This document shows positions 13,716 through 27,714 of a stretch of 64,000 nt of DNA, in pieces (position 1 is the first letter of the stretch; each line of letters starts with the position of its first letter). Under the pieces are notes generated by a model. The model saw nothing but the letters and a program-made list of their open reading frames with translations. It was not told the origin of the DNA and made no database searches. Both the position numbers and the translations under genes were made by a program. Location: assembly GCA_040954595.2 (NCBI GenBank), contig CM082586.2, positions 11,935,337 through 11,999,336 on the forward strand, written 5' to 3'. The DNA comes from Balanoglossus misakiensis (lineage: Eukaryota > Animalia > Hemichordata).

Positions 13716-15872
13716 GCATATGTACTGTACATATACTAAATAGAACAGCTGGTCTCTTCAAAACGTAGCCAGTTATGCAATCATTCAGGAATTTGCTAAA
13801 TGATTTACCAACAATTCTTTTACCTGCCCATGCCAAGTTCACACTTTTTTTCAGTGCAGAACTTCTACCAAGGGCTCTAATTACCATTTTAAATTTAGTA
13901 TAAAAAATGGCCCCACACACATAAATGGCTTCACACAATATATTTCCCAGGGCTGACCAAATTCTGAATTTTAGTTTCAGATCTATAATATTTAGAAAAT
14001 GGTTACTGATTAGTTCAAAAACATCCTAAGACATCTTAGATTTTGTATCCTGTGTTATACTGCTATATTGGTGATGCAATTCACTGTATTGTTATACCAA
14101 TTCGCACCAGTAGTGCAATGTATAAGAAATGCATGTTAAAAGAAAAAAAATCGGTGCACCAGTAGAAGTTACGAGAGAAATTTCCAACAGGCGATAATAA
14201 CTAAATGTCCAAGTATTGTTTGACCATGGCAGTACACTGTAACACATGTGACTGTTCATTGTACTTACATCAACTCTGAATAAAAGCTCAAAAAACTCAC
14301 AAAAACATTAAACACTCTTCCAAATTATTACAGTTGACTGTTCTTGAGAGACTAATGCATCATTTCATCTCAATAATAGAAGTGGATGTCAACAATTGAA
14401 CACTTTTATGAGCGATTTCAAAGAGCGACAAAAATTTACCAACCTACTCATAGCAGCCAAGTTACCAAAGAGAACGGTTGTACCTCTTTGCTTCATGAGG
14501 GTGCTGTACACCTGGTCAAGGTTCACATTGTGCAAATACGTACTGGACAGTCATTGGAAGAACAGCGTCGTCCATAAACTATCAGAAAACTATCAATCTA
14601 TCAGAAAATCACAAAATCCGGATCACATAAACAGACAGTTTAATCATTTCATTTCCCCAGTTAATGGGAGCATACATGTAGCAGTTGTAAACATAGTATT
14701 TGAAATAAATTAAAATAGTCATTGCTCTCTGGTTCATCATGGAGGTAGTAGACTCCGGACAGTGTTATTATCTTTCCTTTCCCACTTCGATGGCACACTG
14801 AGTACAAACTTTCTTCTAAATTTTTGTAAACTCAAACTTTTATAAGACTCATGTTTATTCTATCAGACAAAGTTCAGAAGAACATGAACAAAGCTGTAAT
14901 TTATTCAAATGTAACCGAGCTATATTTAGACACACTTACGCAGTGAACATATGGCCTGGGCATGGAGTACGTGGACGGGGTCAGGTCGGGTTCACCAATG
15001 CGTGCTTATTGGCTGCTCCTAGTTTACATATCAATCACTGAGTCAGTAGTTCAATGAAATTTAGTTTCGCATGCATTTTTGAATCACGTAACCCTGCTAG
15101 TGCGTTGACGGCCGATTATATATTGGATAAAATAAAAAAAAATCTTTCTTTCTAAATATTTTTGTACAATAGAATAATGATTTTACAGTATGTTTTAAAG
15201 ATTTATTTGTGTATATTCACCAGCCCAATTGGGCTGACAAGACGTGAAAATTCAGAGAAGCAAATTTTGAAAATGTATAATTAATATCAATCACATGAAA
15301 ACTTACAGCATTCTTACATTTGGAAATTTAGGTATTGTAATTAACACTAACAGTTATGAAACTTTTAATTGTCAATAAAATCATATGGCATAATTTAATT
15401 GGGTTTCTATTTATATGCAATGTGAAAATACAACTGGTGATCCTTCGGCCAGGAAGAGGCATCAGATCAATTTGACAGACCCGGTTGCCCAGTGGATTAG
15501 GTCTTTGCACTGTGAGAAACGCCGGTTTTGGTAACTAAATTCCCATTCACAGGATATGAAATAAACCGGAATCACTCAAGGTACATATAATGATGTATGC
15601 AGGCTAACAATCAGAAAACAGAGGATAGTTCTCCATTTTCATATTTAAATAAAATAAGATTCACTGAAATTGGTAGGTCCGTGGGCAGGCAAAGTCATTT
15701 CCAACTCGGCTTGCAAATCAGGCCTATGTCTCTTGTTCCCTGAGACAGTCTGGTTCTAATAATAGCTGTAAGAACGTGATTGTTGACCGAACTGTTGGCT
15801 CAATTTTGCAACATTTTACAATTTCAAGCTGTGCATATTTAACTCTGTTCCAACTTTGGTTGGGGGATAATG

Positions 15873-16268
15873 TAGTCTCGGTTACCTAGACCCCCCTGCT
15901 TCTTCCGTTGGGCACTCCAGAAAGAAGGTCTGGGGAAACCCCATAGACAAATCTCCGGGCAAAGATGGCCGATGCATGATGCATGACCGATGCATGATGG
16001 TTGCTGCAGCCCCAAACATAAAAAACATGCTGAGAAGTGCTAGACCTGCTAAAACTGTCTGCAAATTGAAAAGAGAGAGAGAAGTTTGGTAAATAGTTTT
16101 CTAATATTGTCATATCATAATATCAAATGTTATAAATATCGACCATCATGCATCGCTTTTGTCTCAAGTCGGCCATCTTTGCCAGGAGATTTGTCTATGG
16201 GGTTTCCCCAGACCCTCTTTCTGGAGTGCCCAACAGAAGAAGCAGGGGGGTCTAGGTAACCGAGACTA
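15873..16268. mobile_element. AcademH-like MITE
   Basis: TAGTCTCGGTTACCTAGACCCCCCTGCTTC... TIRs (~100 bp) with a perfect 9-bp TSD GGGATAATG at 15864-15872 and 16269-16277. Confidence 0.85.
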
Positions 16269-17636
16269 GGGATAATGATGAAGCCATTTCACTGACAAAA
16301 TAGCGCTACGAATGGAAGACAATATTTGTTTACAGTCAAATACATTGCCATCAGAAAATTGCATACGAAAAATTATGCAAACTCTCCCACAGTTTGGAAT
16401 TCTAAGCAAATTCATTTATTTGGTATAATTCGTGTTTTAAATGGTTACCTCAGAGTAACTGTAAAATTTGATCATCACTTACTAGTACTTGAAATGACCC
16501 ACAAATTATACGGCAAAACATCATAAAGCATAAATGATACTCACTGAAACGCCATGCAACCCAAGTTTCCAGGCAATCTCAACAGCATGATTGGATCCCA
16601 AGCACATACACAAATCAAATCACATAATGTTGTGAGTTCCTTTCACTGAATACACACATGAAGGTTCGACTTCTGGGATATAACTGTCTTGAATTAATGT
16701 GTATTTCCATACATATCCATACGATTACCTGAATGTACACAAGTTAATTCAAAATAAATACATTAGAATAATGACCCGGACAGAATCAACACTGACTTAG
16801 TTTACACATATTTTTACACAGTCGCATCAGCCCCGGCCGGGTGAAGAGTGCACATGAGAAATTAAATATTATGTCGATTATTTCTAATTCCGTCTTCAAA
16901 CGCACGAAGGTACATATTTCCATTATTTACTGTAGTCATAACCCTGTTTTCGCAACATTGATGCCGGCGTCTGTGGATATTTCTACAGTCAAAAACCATT
17001 ACAGGATCGCGATTACACACATTAAACATCGTGAACGGCTCCTGCCTGCCCAGGCCTGTTTCAAAGTCAAACCGCGTGCGGAGGAAATGTTGTTGATAAA
17101 TGTTGTCGTTTTTTGCGAAGACAATATTTAAAAGACCAGTTTTCTGAGAGGCACTTGCCAACAATTCTTAATACCTCGTAAACACGGACACAATATTGTT
17201 AAAAATTACCCACCTTTGAAATATTTGTATTGTAGCCGTACGTACATCGACCAGGCAAAATCCATCGCGTGAGTTCCAGAGTCGAATCTCATGACGTAAC
17301 ACTGACCTTTGCCCATATATCCTCGTTCATAACGTATGTTTATTTTGAGGAAGAAGTCGGCCGGCCAGCTGCAACTTTTTATCAACTAATCAGGGCAGTT
17401 GTAATAAGGTTTTGATACAAATGACGTCTGTCGCGTGATCAAGTCACATAATAAACCGGCCAAACAAAGTTGTCGGCCGATGACATGCATGTAGCACCGG
17501 ACATCACGTGAATAAGCCAAAACTGGCTGTCGGGCGTTTGTGCGGTGGTGGGGGCTGTGTCATGGAAGGTGATCCCGTCGACGTCGCATTAGTCCTGTTT
17601 CATAAGTCAGGTCCATGGCACATGTACCGACATCTG

Positions 17637-17925
17637 TGATTGGTCCATCTGGTAATCTTAGGTCCACTTGCGGCACGCTGATTGGAGGGACCTTATGTGT
17701 TAGGTCTTATCATTATGTATTATTCACTAGACCTTGTAGGTTAGGTCTTATTACTATGTATTATTCACTTTACAGCTCCCTGATTGGTTAATGTGTAGGT
17801 CTGGTCCTCCAGTGTTCACTGCCTCATTATGCAGGACCTTGTAGGTTAGGTCTTATTAATATGTATTTATTCAATTTTCAGCTCCCTGATTGGTTAATGT
17901 GTAGGTCTCCAGTTTTCACTGCTTT
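17637..17925 (+). repeat. Dispersed minisatellite-containing repeat (also ~45640..45940 + and ~47740..48025 -)
   Basis: GACCTTGTAGGTTAGGTCTTATTA.TATGTATT and CAGCTCCCTGATTGGTTAA units recur locally and at the three loci. Confidence 0.75.
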
Positions 17926-18324
17926 GTTATGCAAAGTCTTTTGTACTTTCTGAATACTTTTGTCGCATTCTGTCTGGCATGCTACCTGCGCGTGGTCGAA
18001 GCTCGCGATCGATCCCAGTGTATATTAAGAAAGGCACTCATATAATGATTTGATTTCACCTTTTCCTTCACTATTCATGGCATTTTATGTGATATTGTGA
18101 ACTAGATACTCGAAATAAAAATTGCAAGGAGAAATTTCGCATTTATTTCCAGTGGCGGTTTGTTGAAATGGGCTAGTGTTTTGTTACGTAATGCCTTTCA
18201 GCGCATCACTTCGTGTAACACCTGGCTGAATACGAAGTGTGTGCTATTCATTCGAGCAAACCAAAAATATCTTACAATAGAAATGTTTAGCACAGCATTG
18301 CATTTCTTTGGGATACCTCATTCG

Positions 18325-19305
18325 TTGCTTTATTGCTTTGATAGTAAAATCCTTCCAATTTTAATGTATGGAAGTGAAGTGTGGGGTTTCCACCAGGCCG
18401 ACCAAATTGAAATAGTACACAATAAATGCTGTCGTTTTATTTTGAGATTGTATGGCAATGCGACCACTCTCGCTGTTAGGGGTGAGCTGGGGCGTTTTAC
18501 AATTCGTACATGTAGACTTGTAAGGATTATCAAATATTGGCTGCGCTTGCTTTCAATGCCACAGCAGCGTATTGTGCAAAAATGCTATATTTTCCAATAT
18601 AAGGAAGCTGAAAAGAGTAAACCATGCTGGGCCTATGATGTTAAGACCTTGTTGTTTTCTTTTGGTATGGGCGAAGCTTGGCTTAATCAAGGTGTGGGTT
18701 GTGATGTTAACTTTATTAATTTATTTAAACAGAGATGTCGAGACATTGATATTCAGAATTGGTATTCAAATTTACGTCTGTTTCCCAAAATGGACTGTTA
18801 TCGTACTTTCAAAATGACCTTTGGGCAAGAGCATTACTTATCATGTATTGATAACGATTCACATAGAGAAGCCATGTGTCGTTTTAGAGTTTCTGCGCAT
18901 GCACTACGCATCGAATCAGATAGAAAATTACGTAACGAGCGCTCAGAAAGAATTTGTGTATATTGTAATTCTACAAGCATTGAAGACGAGTTCCACTTTA
19001 GTATGATGTGTCCTCTATATCAGGAGTTAAGGTCAAAATATATTCCAAGGTATTTTTACATAAATCCTTCCTTTCAAAAATTTACCCAGCTTTAACAGTC
19101 TCAAAACACAACTATTGTACGCAATATTTCAAAATTTATCTACTATGCCATGGAGATGCGTTCCGAGACTGTTGAGGAACTTTCAACCGTGTAATACTGA
19201 TTGTACTTGTTTCTAGTTGAGTGTCCCTCTGTACTTTTCTTTGTATGACTTTTGTGATTACTAGGAGGCCGGAGGCCTACAGTATCCGAACAAATCACAC
19301 ATATA
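18325..19305 (+). mobile_element. 5'-truncated RTE-X-like LINE: ORF2 C-terminus and 3' UTR
   Basis: ORF 18160..19095 has ILPILMYGSEVWG, AVRGELGR, IIKYWLRL, RFRVSAHALRIE and the zinc-finger-like RICVYC..EDEFHF..CPLY; boundaries approximate. Confidence 0.85.
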
Positions 19306-21854
19306 TATAATTAGTTGCTTTACAGGTATGATTACTTTTATTGTACTTCCTTCACGAAGCTGCACCGTCACAGTTCCATTTTATTAAAACAATATACGAA
19401 TGTATAAACGGACAACGTGCTCCTTATCACAATCAACATCTTCGTCAAAACAAATTTACTTTAAAAAAGTAATAACAACAATAATAAAATTGATGATGAG
19501 AAGTAGGAGGGTGATTAAAAAAATATACAACTTAGCTAAAGTGCTTAGATGAGTTAATCAGATTTTCAAAGTCCATCTAAAAAAATCATGCTACCGTCCG
19601 CAATTCTGATTGGACGAGAGCTCAATCCAGCGATGCTAACATAGTCATATAGCACTGCTGGCAGTGCTAAAACGGGCCCCTGAACTAGCATGCGGCAGCA
19701 CAAATGTGCGGTTAAACCACAGCCGCGCGTGTTTAAACCAACTAAATAAAACAAAAATACTGTTGAATTAATCGTTTTATTTTGGAACTGCTCTGTAGAA
19801 ATATTTGTAACTTTGCCACGCGCGATGCCCGTCTTGTCACTTTTTGTCGTCTGCTTCATGTTTAATGCTCGATCCCGGCCGCTCGTGTTTACATTCATCG
19901 TCGCCATGTTGGTTCACGATCGTAATTACTCTTTGTGACGCCGTCTCGGTAAGAAAATGACACTGATATGCCACAAAAACAATTGTTGATATAATAGCAC
20001 TCGATTTGGGTACAATTTGCTCCATATAGACTCGCCTGACAGCTCGCGCTATATGTCTCGAATTGTACCCAAATCTCGTGTATACCCGCTTGGGAGTGGT
20101 CGTCGTGCATAATGACTGTGTAATTGCTCTCATGTACACAGAAAATAATTGAACACTTCACACTTCCACGCGATTGACAACTGTTTGAATGGCGTGGTTA
20201 TTGTTTCCCAGGGAGGCTTCTGAAAAGCACTGAAACCAGATTTCTCCCAAAATCATCGTTGTTTCAAAAGCTCGTGTACTTTTTCGTCGATAACTTTATG
20301 TTGTGTGTGTTTATAAAGCCAACTACTGTCGTTGTGTGGTGTAATTCTTTATTCTTGGACCTGTTTGGGCCGATTTTCATAGAGCCAAGATCGTTGGTGT
20401 TGTCTGTTGTCAGTCAAACGGCATTAAGATTCGCCACTGATTTGGGGGGGTCTTTTATACCCCGCACCGGGGTTTAAAAATGTTCAATTAATTACATTTT
20501 CATTTTTTCATACGAAATCCTGAATTTTGGTACTTTGTATTTTCAAATTTAATCAATGTGTTAATAAAGGTCCATCACCTCTAGCTCTGAAATATGTTGT
20601 CTTTCAAATATATTCTCTTAAATTCCCAATTATTTTTTGATTTCCAACTCACGATAATGTTGTTGCCGTTAAATGTGGCAAAAAATATATTGGTTTCAGA
20701 AACGCCAGAAAAGTTAAGTCATCTATATTCCATTGTGAATTTCCTGCCATTTTCAAAAATGTGCAAGTCATGTTACAAAGTACAGAGAAAACATTAAATT
20801 ACATGTGTCCCGTTCATTGGTTGACATCAAATTGTTTTATCAAGATTGTAAAAATAAATTATTTCCATGTCAAATGTGTTTGTGGGTGTGCACATTAGTG
20901 TGGTGCCACATTACATGACTCCTTTTTGCATACAAGTATTAATGCAGTCATATTTGAGTGGGATACCCACCTGTTTTTTTGTTGTTGTTTTTTTAATTTA
21001 TAAATGAATTTATAAGTGATGTATGATCTCACCTACATGATTAAATCATTTGAAATTTACAGTTTATGTGCCTTTAAACACATAATTTTGTTAACATACA
21101 CTTGTTCAATTACCAGTGTTTTTTGAAGTTTTTATAAGTCTCAGTCTACATGTTCAGTAGTAGTATATTTGCATGAAACTTTTTAAACATTTTTCCTTAG
21201 AGGCGGATCAATAATATATAGATAATATAGATTGACAGTGATGTACTTTTTGAGTTGAGTTTCCCATGGATTTGACGACAGATTTTATCATTTTCATTAT
21301 ATTATGCAAAAAATTAATTTTCATTGATCAGTCTCATAAGTTTGTGCATGGTGCATGCCATATTGAACAATTTTAAAGCATTTTAAGCATTTAATGAAAC
21401 TTCAATGTTATTGAAATTGCTGTCATTATATTACCCTGGAGACTGAAAGTTTGTAGTGAATTTGACTCTGTGTGTTCAAAATGATTACTGTGTATAACCA
21501 TTAATAGATTTATGTTTTTAGCTATTTATCAAATTTGCAAAGACCGTTGTGAAATTGTTGCCTTCTCTATCATTTGTTGTTAATATTTTCTGTTAGATAT
21601 CAGCTTCAAATGGAGTTCAAAATTTTAAATATCTTAAATACCATTTCTGAACATAAATTCCCAGGCATCTCCATACATCTGAATGGTATTACTTAAATTC
21701 TTGAAGTAATTTTAATAATTCCAAAATAAAACTTTAGAAAAAATGTGCAGAGTTCACTTGAGAGATTTTTGGAGAGATTTCTGGAAGTTTTGTACAGATG
21801 ACATTTATCTGTTCTTTTTGAGAAAACTAATGATTTTCAAAACTTTGCCTTGTA

Positions 21855-21997
21855 CGTGTGAAAGGCACAACAACAGTGTGTGGAGTTGGCACTGCTTGGT
21901 CGCAATATCTTCATCAATACTCCCAAAAAATGTACAGATTGTGTGTCCTACTGATGCAGCTTGCAGCATACATGATGATCTGCCAGAAAAGTCCAAA
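21855..21997 (+). pseudogene. PIF1-family helicase N-terminal fragment (degenerate Walker A, motif Ia); mirror at 41714..41856 (-)
   Basis: ILPKNVQIVCPTDAACSIHDDLPEKSK resembles motif Ia (xxAPTGxAA); a GHN..CGVGT-like remnant lies upstream; it ends at the LINE tail. Confidence 0.65.
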
Positions 21998-24972
21998 GAT
22001 AGATAAATAGATGTTTATTTCACCAGGAAGATGCATTTGACATAACTGGTGCGGACCAGGGAAGTAGTTTTAGTGGAACTAGTCGTGTCCCTAAATACAT
22101 ACAAATCATTGAAACAATTAATATAATTGCCATTTCATATCACAGAACAATAGTTGGTAGTCAAACAACGCGGTGACAAAATAAACAGGTTTATAACAGA
22201 GGTTAAATTAATCTATGCTCAATAGATACATTTTCAGAGAGCTTTTAAATAAATTCCTTGAATGAATTGATTTTATTTGTGTAGGAATTTCATTCCAATG
22301 CTTGGCAATAGAATAGTATAAATTATTTTGAGATGAAGTAAGTTTTACTTTGGGAAGCATAAACTTATCAGTGGAGGCAAATCTTGTAGAATATTTGTGT
22401 GACACAAATGAAGCATAGCGATCTAGTGAGGGGGCATAATGCCTGCCTTTAGATCATACGCAAAAACACAAGTTTGAAATTTACAGAGTTTGTAAACATT
22501 AAGAATTCCAAGTTGCTGAAAAAGTGGTGCACTATGTGTATTGGGGCTAGAAAATGTTATAAGTCTTACAAGTCACTTTTGCAATTTGAAAATACAATCT
22601 AAATAGGTTTTATATGCATTTCCCCATATTTCGATACAATACATTATATGGGGAAGGATAAGACAATTGTATAATAATAAAATTATAGACTTAGGGAGAT
22701 AATGGCGTACATATGAAATAATACCGATTTTTGGCGAACCTTCTTAAAAATAATGTTGATGTGAGACTTCCAGGATAATGATGAGTCAAGAGTAACTCCA
22801 AGATAAACAGCAGATGAAACATTTTGTATTCGTAAATCAGAGACATATAAATCCCCTTCAGGCTTAAACTTCGCCTGGGCTGTTTTGAAAATAACATAGT
22901 TTGTTTTGTCAATATTAATAGTAAGTTTATTTGACTTACACCAGTTCTGTACTTTAGTTAGCTCAACATTCAGAGTGGCAAGATCGATTTTGTCCTGCTT
23001 ATCTGAACAAAATAAATTGGTATCGTCAGCAAATAACCTGAATTGATAATAGTCTGAGGATCTGCTGATATCATTTATATATACTACAAAAAGAAGTGGA
23101 CCTAGAATTGATCCCTGTGGAATCCCACAGGAGATCCTTTTTGCTTTTGAAGTACAATTATTGACCTTGACATACTGCTGTCGGTCTTATATATAAGTCT
23201 TAAACCAATTAAGTGTGGATCCCCTAATCCCATGGTGGCATAGCTCAGCTAACAAAGTTGTGTGGTTAATCGTATCAAATGCCTTTTTAAAATCAATAAA
23301 GATACCAAATGCAACAAGACCGTTATCAATGTGCTTTGATATTTTTGTTGTGAGATCTGCTAAAGCTAACTTAGTACTATCTTTCTTACGAAATCCATAT
23401 TGGCTGTTAGTGAGAATATCAATTGTTTTCAAAAAAAGAACACAGTTGCTTATTTACAATAGACTCGTACAGCTTACTAATAAGGTTGGCAAGACAGAGA
23501 TAGGTCTGTAATTTCCTATTTCATGAACACAACCCTTTTTAAAAATTGGTGTTACTCAGTGCCATTTTCAGTTTCTCTGGAAAAATACCCTGTGACAAAG
23601 AAATATTAACAATATGAGCAAATGGTTCTGTAATATAACCCGCTGCTTCCTTCCTTTTGGATATATTTCATCAAAACCAGCAGCTTTACAATGGTCTAAT
23701 AATTTAATTTCTCTGAGTATATCACCAGAATGCACAGGATGGAAAAAGAAAGAATTAAAATGACGAATACCAAGGTAATCATTGAAATTAGCGCTACAAT
23801 GTATTTGTGATGCTAGATTTTGTCCAATGTTGACAAAAAAAATTAAAAGCGTCAACTATATCAATATTTTTAGTAACAAAATTCCCAGGGTTTTCGTCAT
23901 CTTTTATTTTTTTGTGGAGCATTAACCTTTGAATTTTTGTTCAAGATTTCATTGATGACTTGCCATTTTTGTGGTCCTTCCCAGAGGCTACAGACAGTTG
24001 CAATTTATCACAAAAATACTTCTTTTTTGCTCGTCGCATAAGTTTTGTTAACAGGTTGCGATAAAGTTTGTACTCTTGATGAATAGATGAGCTTGCAGAA
24101 TGGCGTTTTGTTTTGGAGAACATATTATGCTTGTTTTTAATTGAGACCAGAAGTCATTTTTGATCCATGGTTTCCGTAAGCGCTTACGCTGGTTTGAACA
24201 CCGTTCGACTGGCATGTGTCTTGTTGCCATATCATGAAACAATTGTAGACAGTATTATAGGCAACATTCGGATCATTAGAGTCGTAAACATCCTGCCAAG
24301 AAATATTTGCAAAGTCATTTTTATATGAAACTGGATCAAATGAAGAAAAATCACACTTGAAATCAATTGTTTCAACAGTGAACACATGACGTAAATCCTT
24401 AAAGATGGCAAAGATGGGATAATGGTCACTTATATCAGTTTGTACTGTCCCACTTTCAATGAACTGGTTACGAAAATTTACATGGCAATGATCTATTAAT
24501 GTGGAGGTGTGAGTAGTTGTCCTGTTCGGTACGTCCATGATTTGATAAAAATTATTACCACTAAGAGTAGTGATATATTCATTAAAGACAGTGTTATCGC
24601 CATCTATATTTATATTGAAATCCCCTTATAAAATGCATTTTTGTAGGTAATGCGTAGATTATCAAGACAATCTGATAAACTGGTTAAAAAATCCTGAGTA
24701 GGTGTATTTGGTCTGCGATATATGACACCTATGATGACCTTGCTTTTTCAAGTAGGATTTCAACAAAGAGACATTCGCAATGTTGGAGAACAACTAAGTC
24801 TATTATAGGTATAGTATGATAACGACTCGTGTAAATAGAGACCAACACCTCCTCCTCTGGAAACAGCTCTACATTTATGAACAAAGTTGTACGAAGGGAG
24901 GTTATATAATGATGCATCAACACCTGGGTCTAGCCATGTTTCACTGAGGGCAATGACAGAAAATTCATCAAA
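21998..24972 (-). mobile_element. L2/Crack-group LINE, 3' part (endonuclease, RT, 3' UTR), degenerate
   Basis: Mirror of 38739..41713; motifs SDHYPIF, SQYGFRK and IDFKKAFDTINH in the ORF track; (TCTA)-like tail. Confidence 0.92.
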
Positions 24973-25591
24973 TAGTGCAGGAGCTTAACCCCACATTTTG
25001 GCATAATTGTGCACTTTGGGTTAAAAGCATAAAACTTGGTACACTTATGCATTGACCCATGGCGGCCATTTTCTGATATGGATCCAAAAGGACAGCGCCC
25101 TCTAGTGGCCAGAAACAGACATTCATACTTAAAAATTGTGCACTTTGGGTTAAAAGCATGAAATTTGGTACAATTATTCATTGACCGATGGCGGACATTT
25201 TCCAATATGGATCCCAAAAGACAGCGCCCTCTAGTGGCTAGAAACTGACATTTACACTTTTCCCCCCATTAATGACACTTTTTGGGCAAGATTAACACTC
25301 AGAGACAGGAATGTTGGTTGTAAAACATGCTTGCTGCCATATAGTGCAGGAGCTTAACCCCACATTTTGGCATAATTGTGCACTTTGGGTTAAAAGCATA
25401 AAACTTGGTACACTTATGCATTGACCCATGGCGGCCATTTTCTGATATGGATCCAAAATGACAGCGCCCTCTAGTGGCCAGAAACAGACATTCATACTTA
25501 AAAATTGTGCACTTTGGGTTAAAAGCATGAAATTTGGTACAATTATTCATTGACCCATGGCGGACATTTTCCAATATGGATCCCAAAAGAC
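24973..25591. mobile_element. Two tandem solo termini of the Academ-like element (24973..25341 and 25342..25591)
   Basis: TAGTGCAGGAGCTTAACCCC starts at 24973 and again at 25342. Confidence 0.88.
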
Positions 25592-25768
25592 CCCTAACCC
25601 AACTCAGTCGAGTTTTTTCAGCTTTTCGAAGTTCAGTCGAAGGCTTATCTTGATGTGGACAAATAGTCTTTCACACCTTTGTAAATCCTCTGCCTGCAAT
25701 GTGAAACAAGGCTTCCTTTGCTTTGACCGTGTACACTTAGGGCAACTTCTCGGGCACGCAGCCTTTTA

Positions 25769-26565
25769 GGCTGCATTCACAAACACCTCTGGAGGGGGGC
25801 GGGGGAGAATTCATTTTTTTTTACCGCTAATTTTCACATGCCCCCTTCCGAACTGCCAATATTTTCAAATCCCCCCTTCCGAACTGCCAAAATTTTGAAA
25901 TCCCCCCCCCCCATTTTCTTTCACAGAGCAAAACACATCACCTATCTATCTTGTAAAAAGAAAAACAGCGCTCGCATGAAAAGAATTTGAAAGTGATGTT
26001 TCCCCTCATCAGTGGGTATTAAAACTGAACATTGTTTTAATTTTTTAAGTACATATATTTGTGTTCTGTGTAGGGAGACATTGTAAACCGAGAATTGAAG
26101 GGGGTGGGTTTGGGAGGGGGTGTCCCACTCCCACGTAAGAAAATTTTTTAAAATACAGAGCTCAAAGCTGCATTTTAATGAACCCGGCAAAAGCAAATTA
26201 ACTCAACTACCGGTATGTTGGGGAGGACAAATTAAACCGTCGCTGCTCAAAGTTATCATGGGGTGGGGGCAAGTCCCCTGACCTGGGACACTAGATAAAC
26301 CAGTCAATGATTGAAAGGTGTTGGTGAATTGAGGGGGTGGGTGTGTCCCCCTCCCACATTAGAAAATTTTGTAAAATAAAGGGCACGAAACTGCATTTTT
26401 GTGGACTCAAAATAAATATTTAGTCGTTAAAGTTTTCAAGTCCCCCCCTTTCAGTCCCTAAATTATTTCAAATCCCCCCCTTACATACCCTCAATTTTTT
26501 CAAATCCCCCCCCCCTCAATTCTCCTGCCCCCCCCCCCTCTCCAGAGGTGTTTGTGAATGCAGCC
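25769..26565. mobile_element. PIF/Harbinger-like MITE, second family
   Basis: TTA|GGCTGCATTCACAAACACCTCTGGAG ... CTCCAGAGGTGTTTGTGAATGCAGCC|TTA. Confidence 0.88.
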
Positions 26566-27714
26566 TTATACCACCTTCCAGGCGCATTGCTGTACATATT
26601 TTCTACAATAATTTATTCAGAATGATTGTCCACTGTTCTCCACTGTCTATTGTTTTAGTTTCTCCCCTAATTATCACCTCCGAATTATTCATGCAGACCA
26701 AGTCAGTGCAGAGATTATGTAATCCAGGGCTGGTGAATTGTCCATGCGCAGTTATTCACACTGGTGTTGTGTCATAGCAGAGTTTATTTTGTCAAAGCCG
26801 TTCGATGCTAAGATGTGTTAATAACTGTCTAACCACCTCAGACAAGTAGACGTGCAGCAAATCCTAACTAACCTTTAACCACCACACAAAAACAACACTG
26901 GACACACAAGACAACACACAACACTATAGACACTTTGTGACAACAGCAAATGTTCTATACTGGATATATTCTGACAGAGGTTTCGTATTTTACTTATATA
27001 CACTAGAATATGCTGCAGAGTATGTATCGTGACAACTCTTTTGAGAAAAAAAAAAGAACAGCAAATTTTGTTACGTGACAAATTATGAAACTTTAACACT
27101 TTGTTGTAGTAATCCAAACCCAAAGAACCTATGGCTAAGGCAGCTTAGTAAAAGTCTAATCCATTTCGAATAAATATATTTTGTTATTTGACGTTATTTT
27201 GACCTAAATCGAACTTCAGCTAGGACTGGCGACTGTGTGATTTTGATTGGGTACCGAATGTTGTATTCGACATCGACAGCTGACGACATGGTTTGCCACT
27301 AAACAACCTGATGATACATTTCATTCGTCCGTTTATACAGATTAATATTCTACAAACCGCGAAACCTTCTCTTTTACCATCATATTTCCCGAATTGTACT
27401 TATACAGTTATTTATGAACAATTCCAGTTTACGACACATGGTGAAAAGATAAAATACTATTATTTTCGGTTATATATAACACACATGATTAACATATAAA
27501 CAAATTAACATCTAACTTTCTAGGATGAAAGATTAACGTAATCGATAAGATTATATCTTTCATCTACATGTATGTATGTTTCAAAAGTTTCCCATTTGTG
27601 AGAAAATCTAAAATTTTCTGATTTTTTTTTACGTATTTACATTTCCAACCAAATGTCGATGATGTCTGAATAACACAAATTTTACACCAGCATGTCAAAA
27701 AACTTGGTAATATT

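Noticed and set aside
7877-17164. Many 60-105-aa ORFs conserved between arms
   Set aside because: No recognisable motifs; the conservation reflects only the recent duplication.
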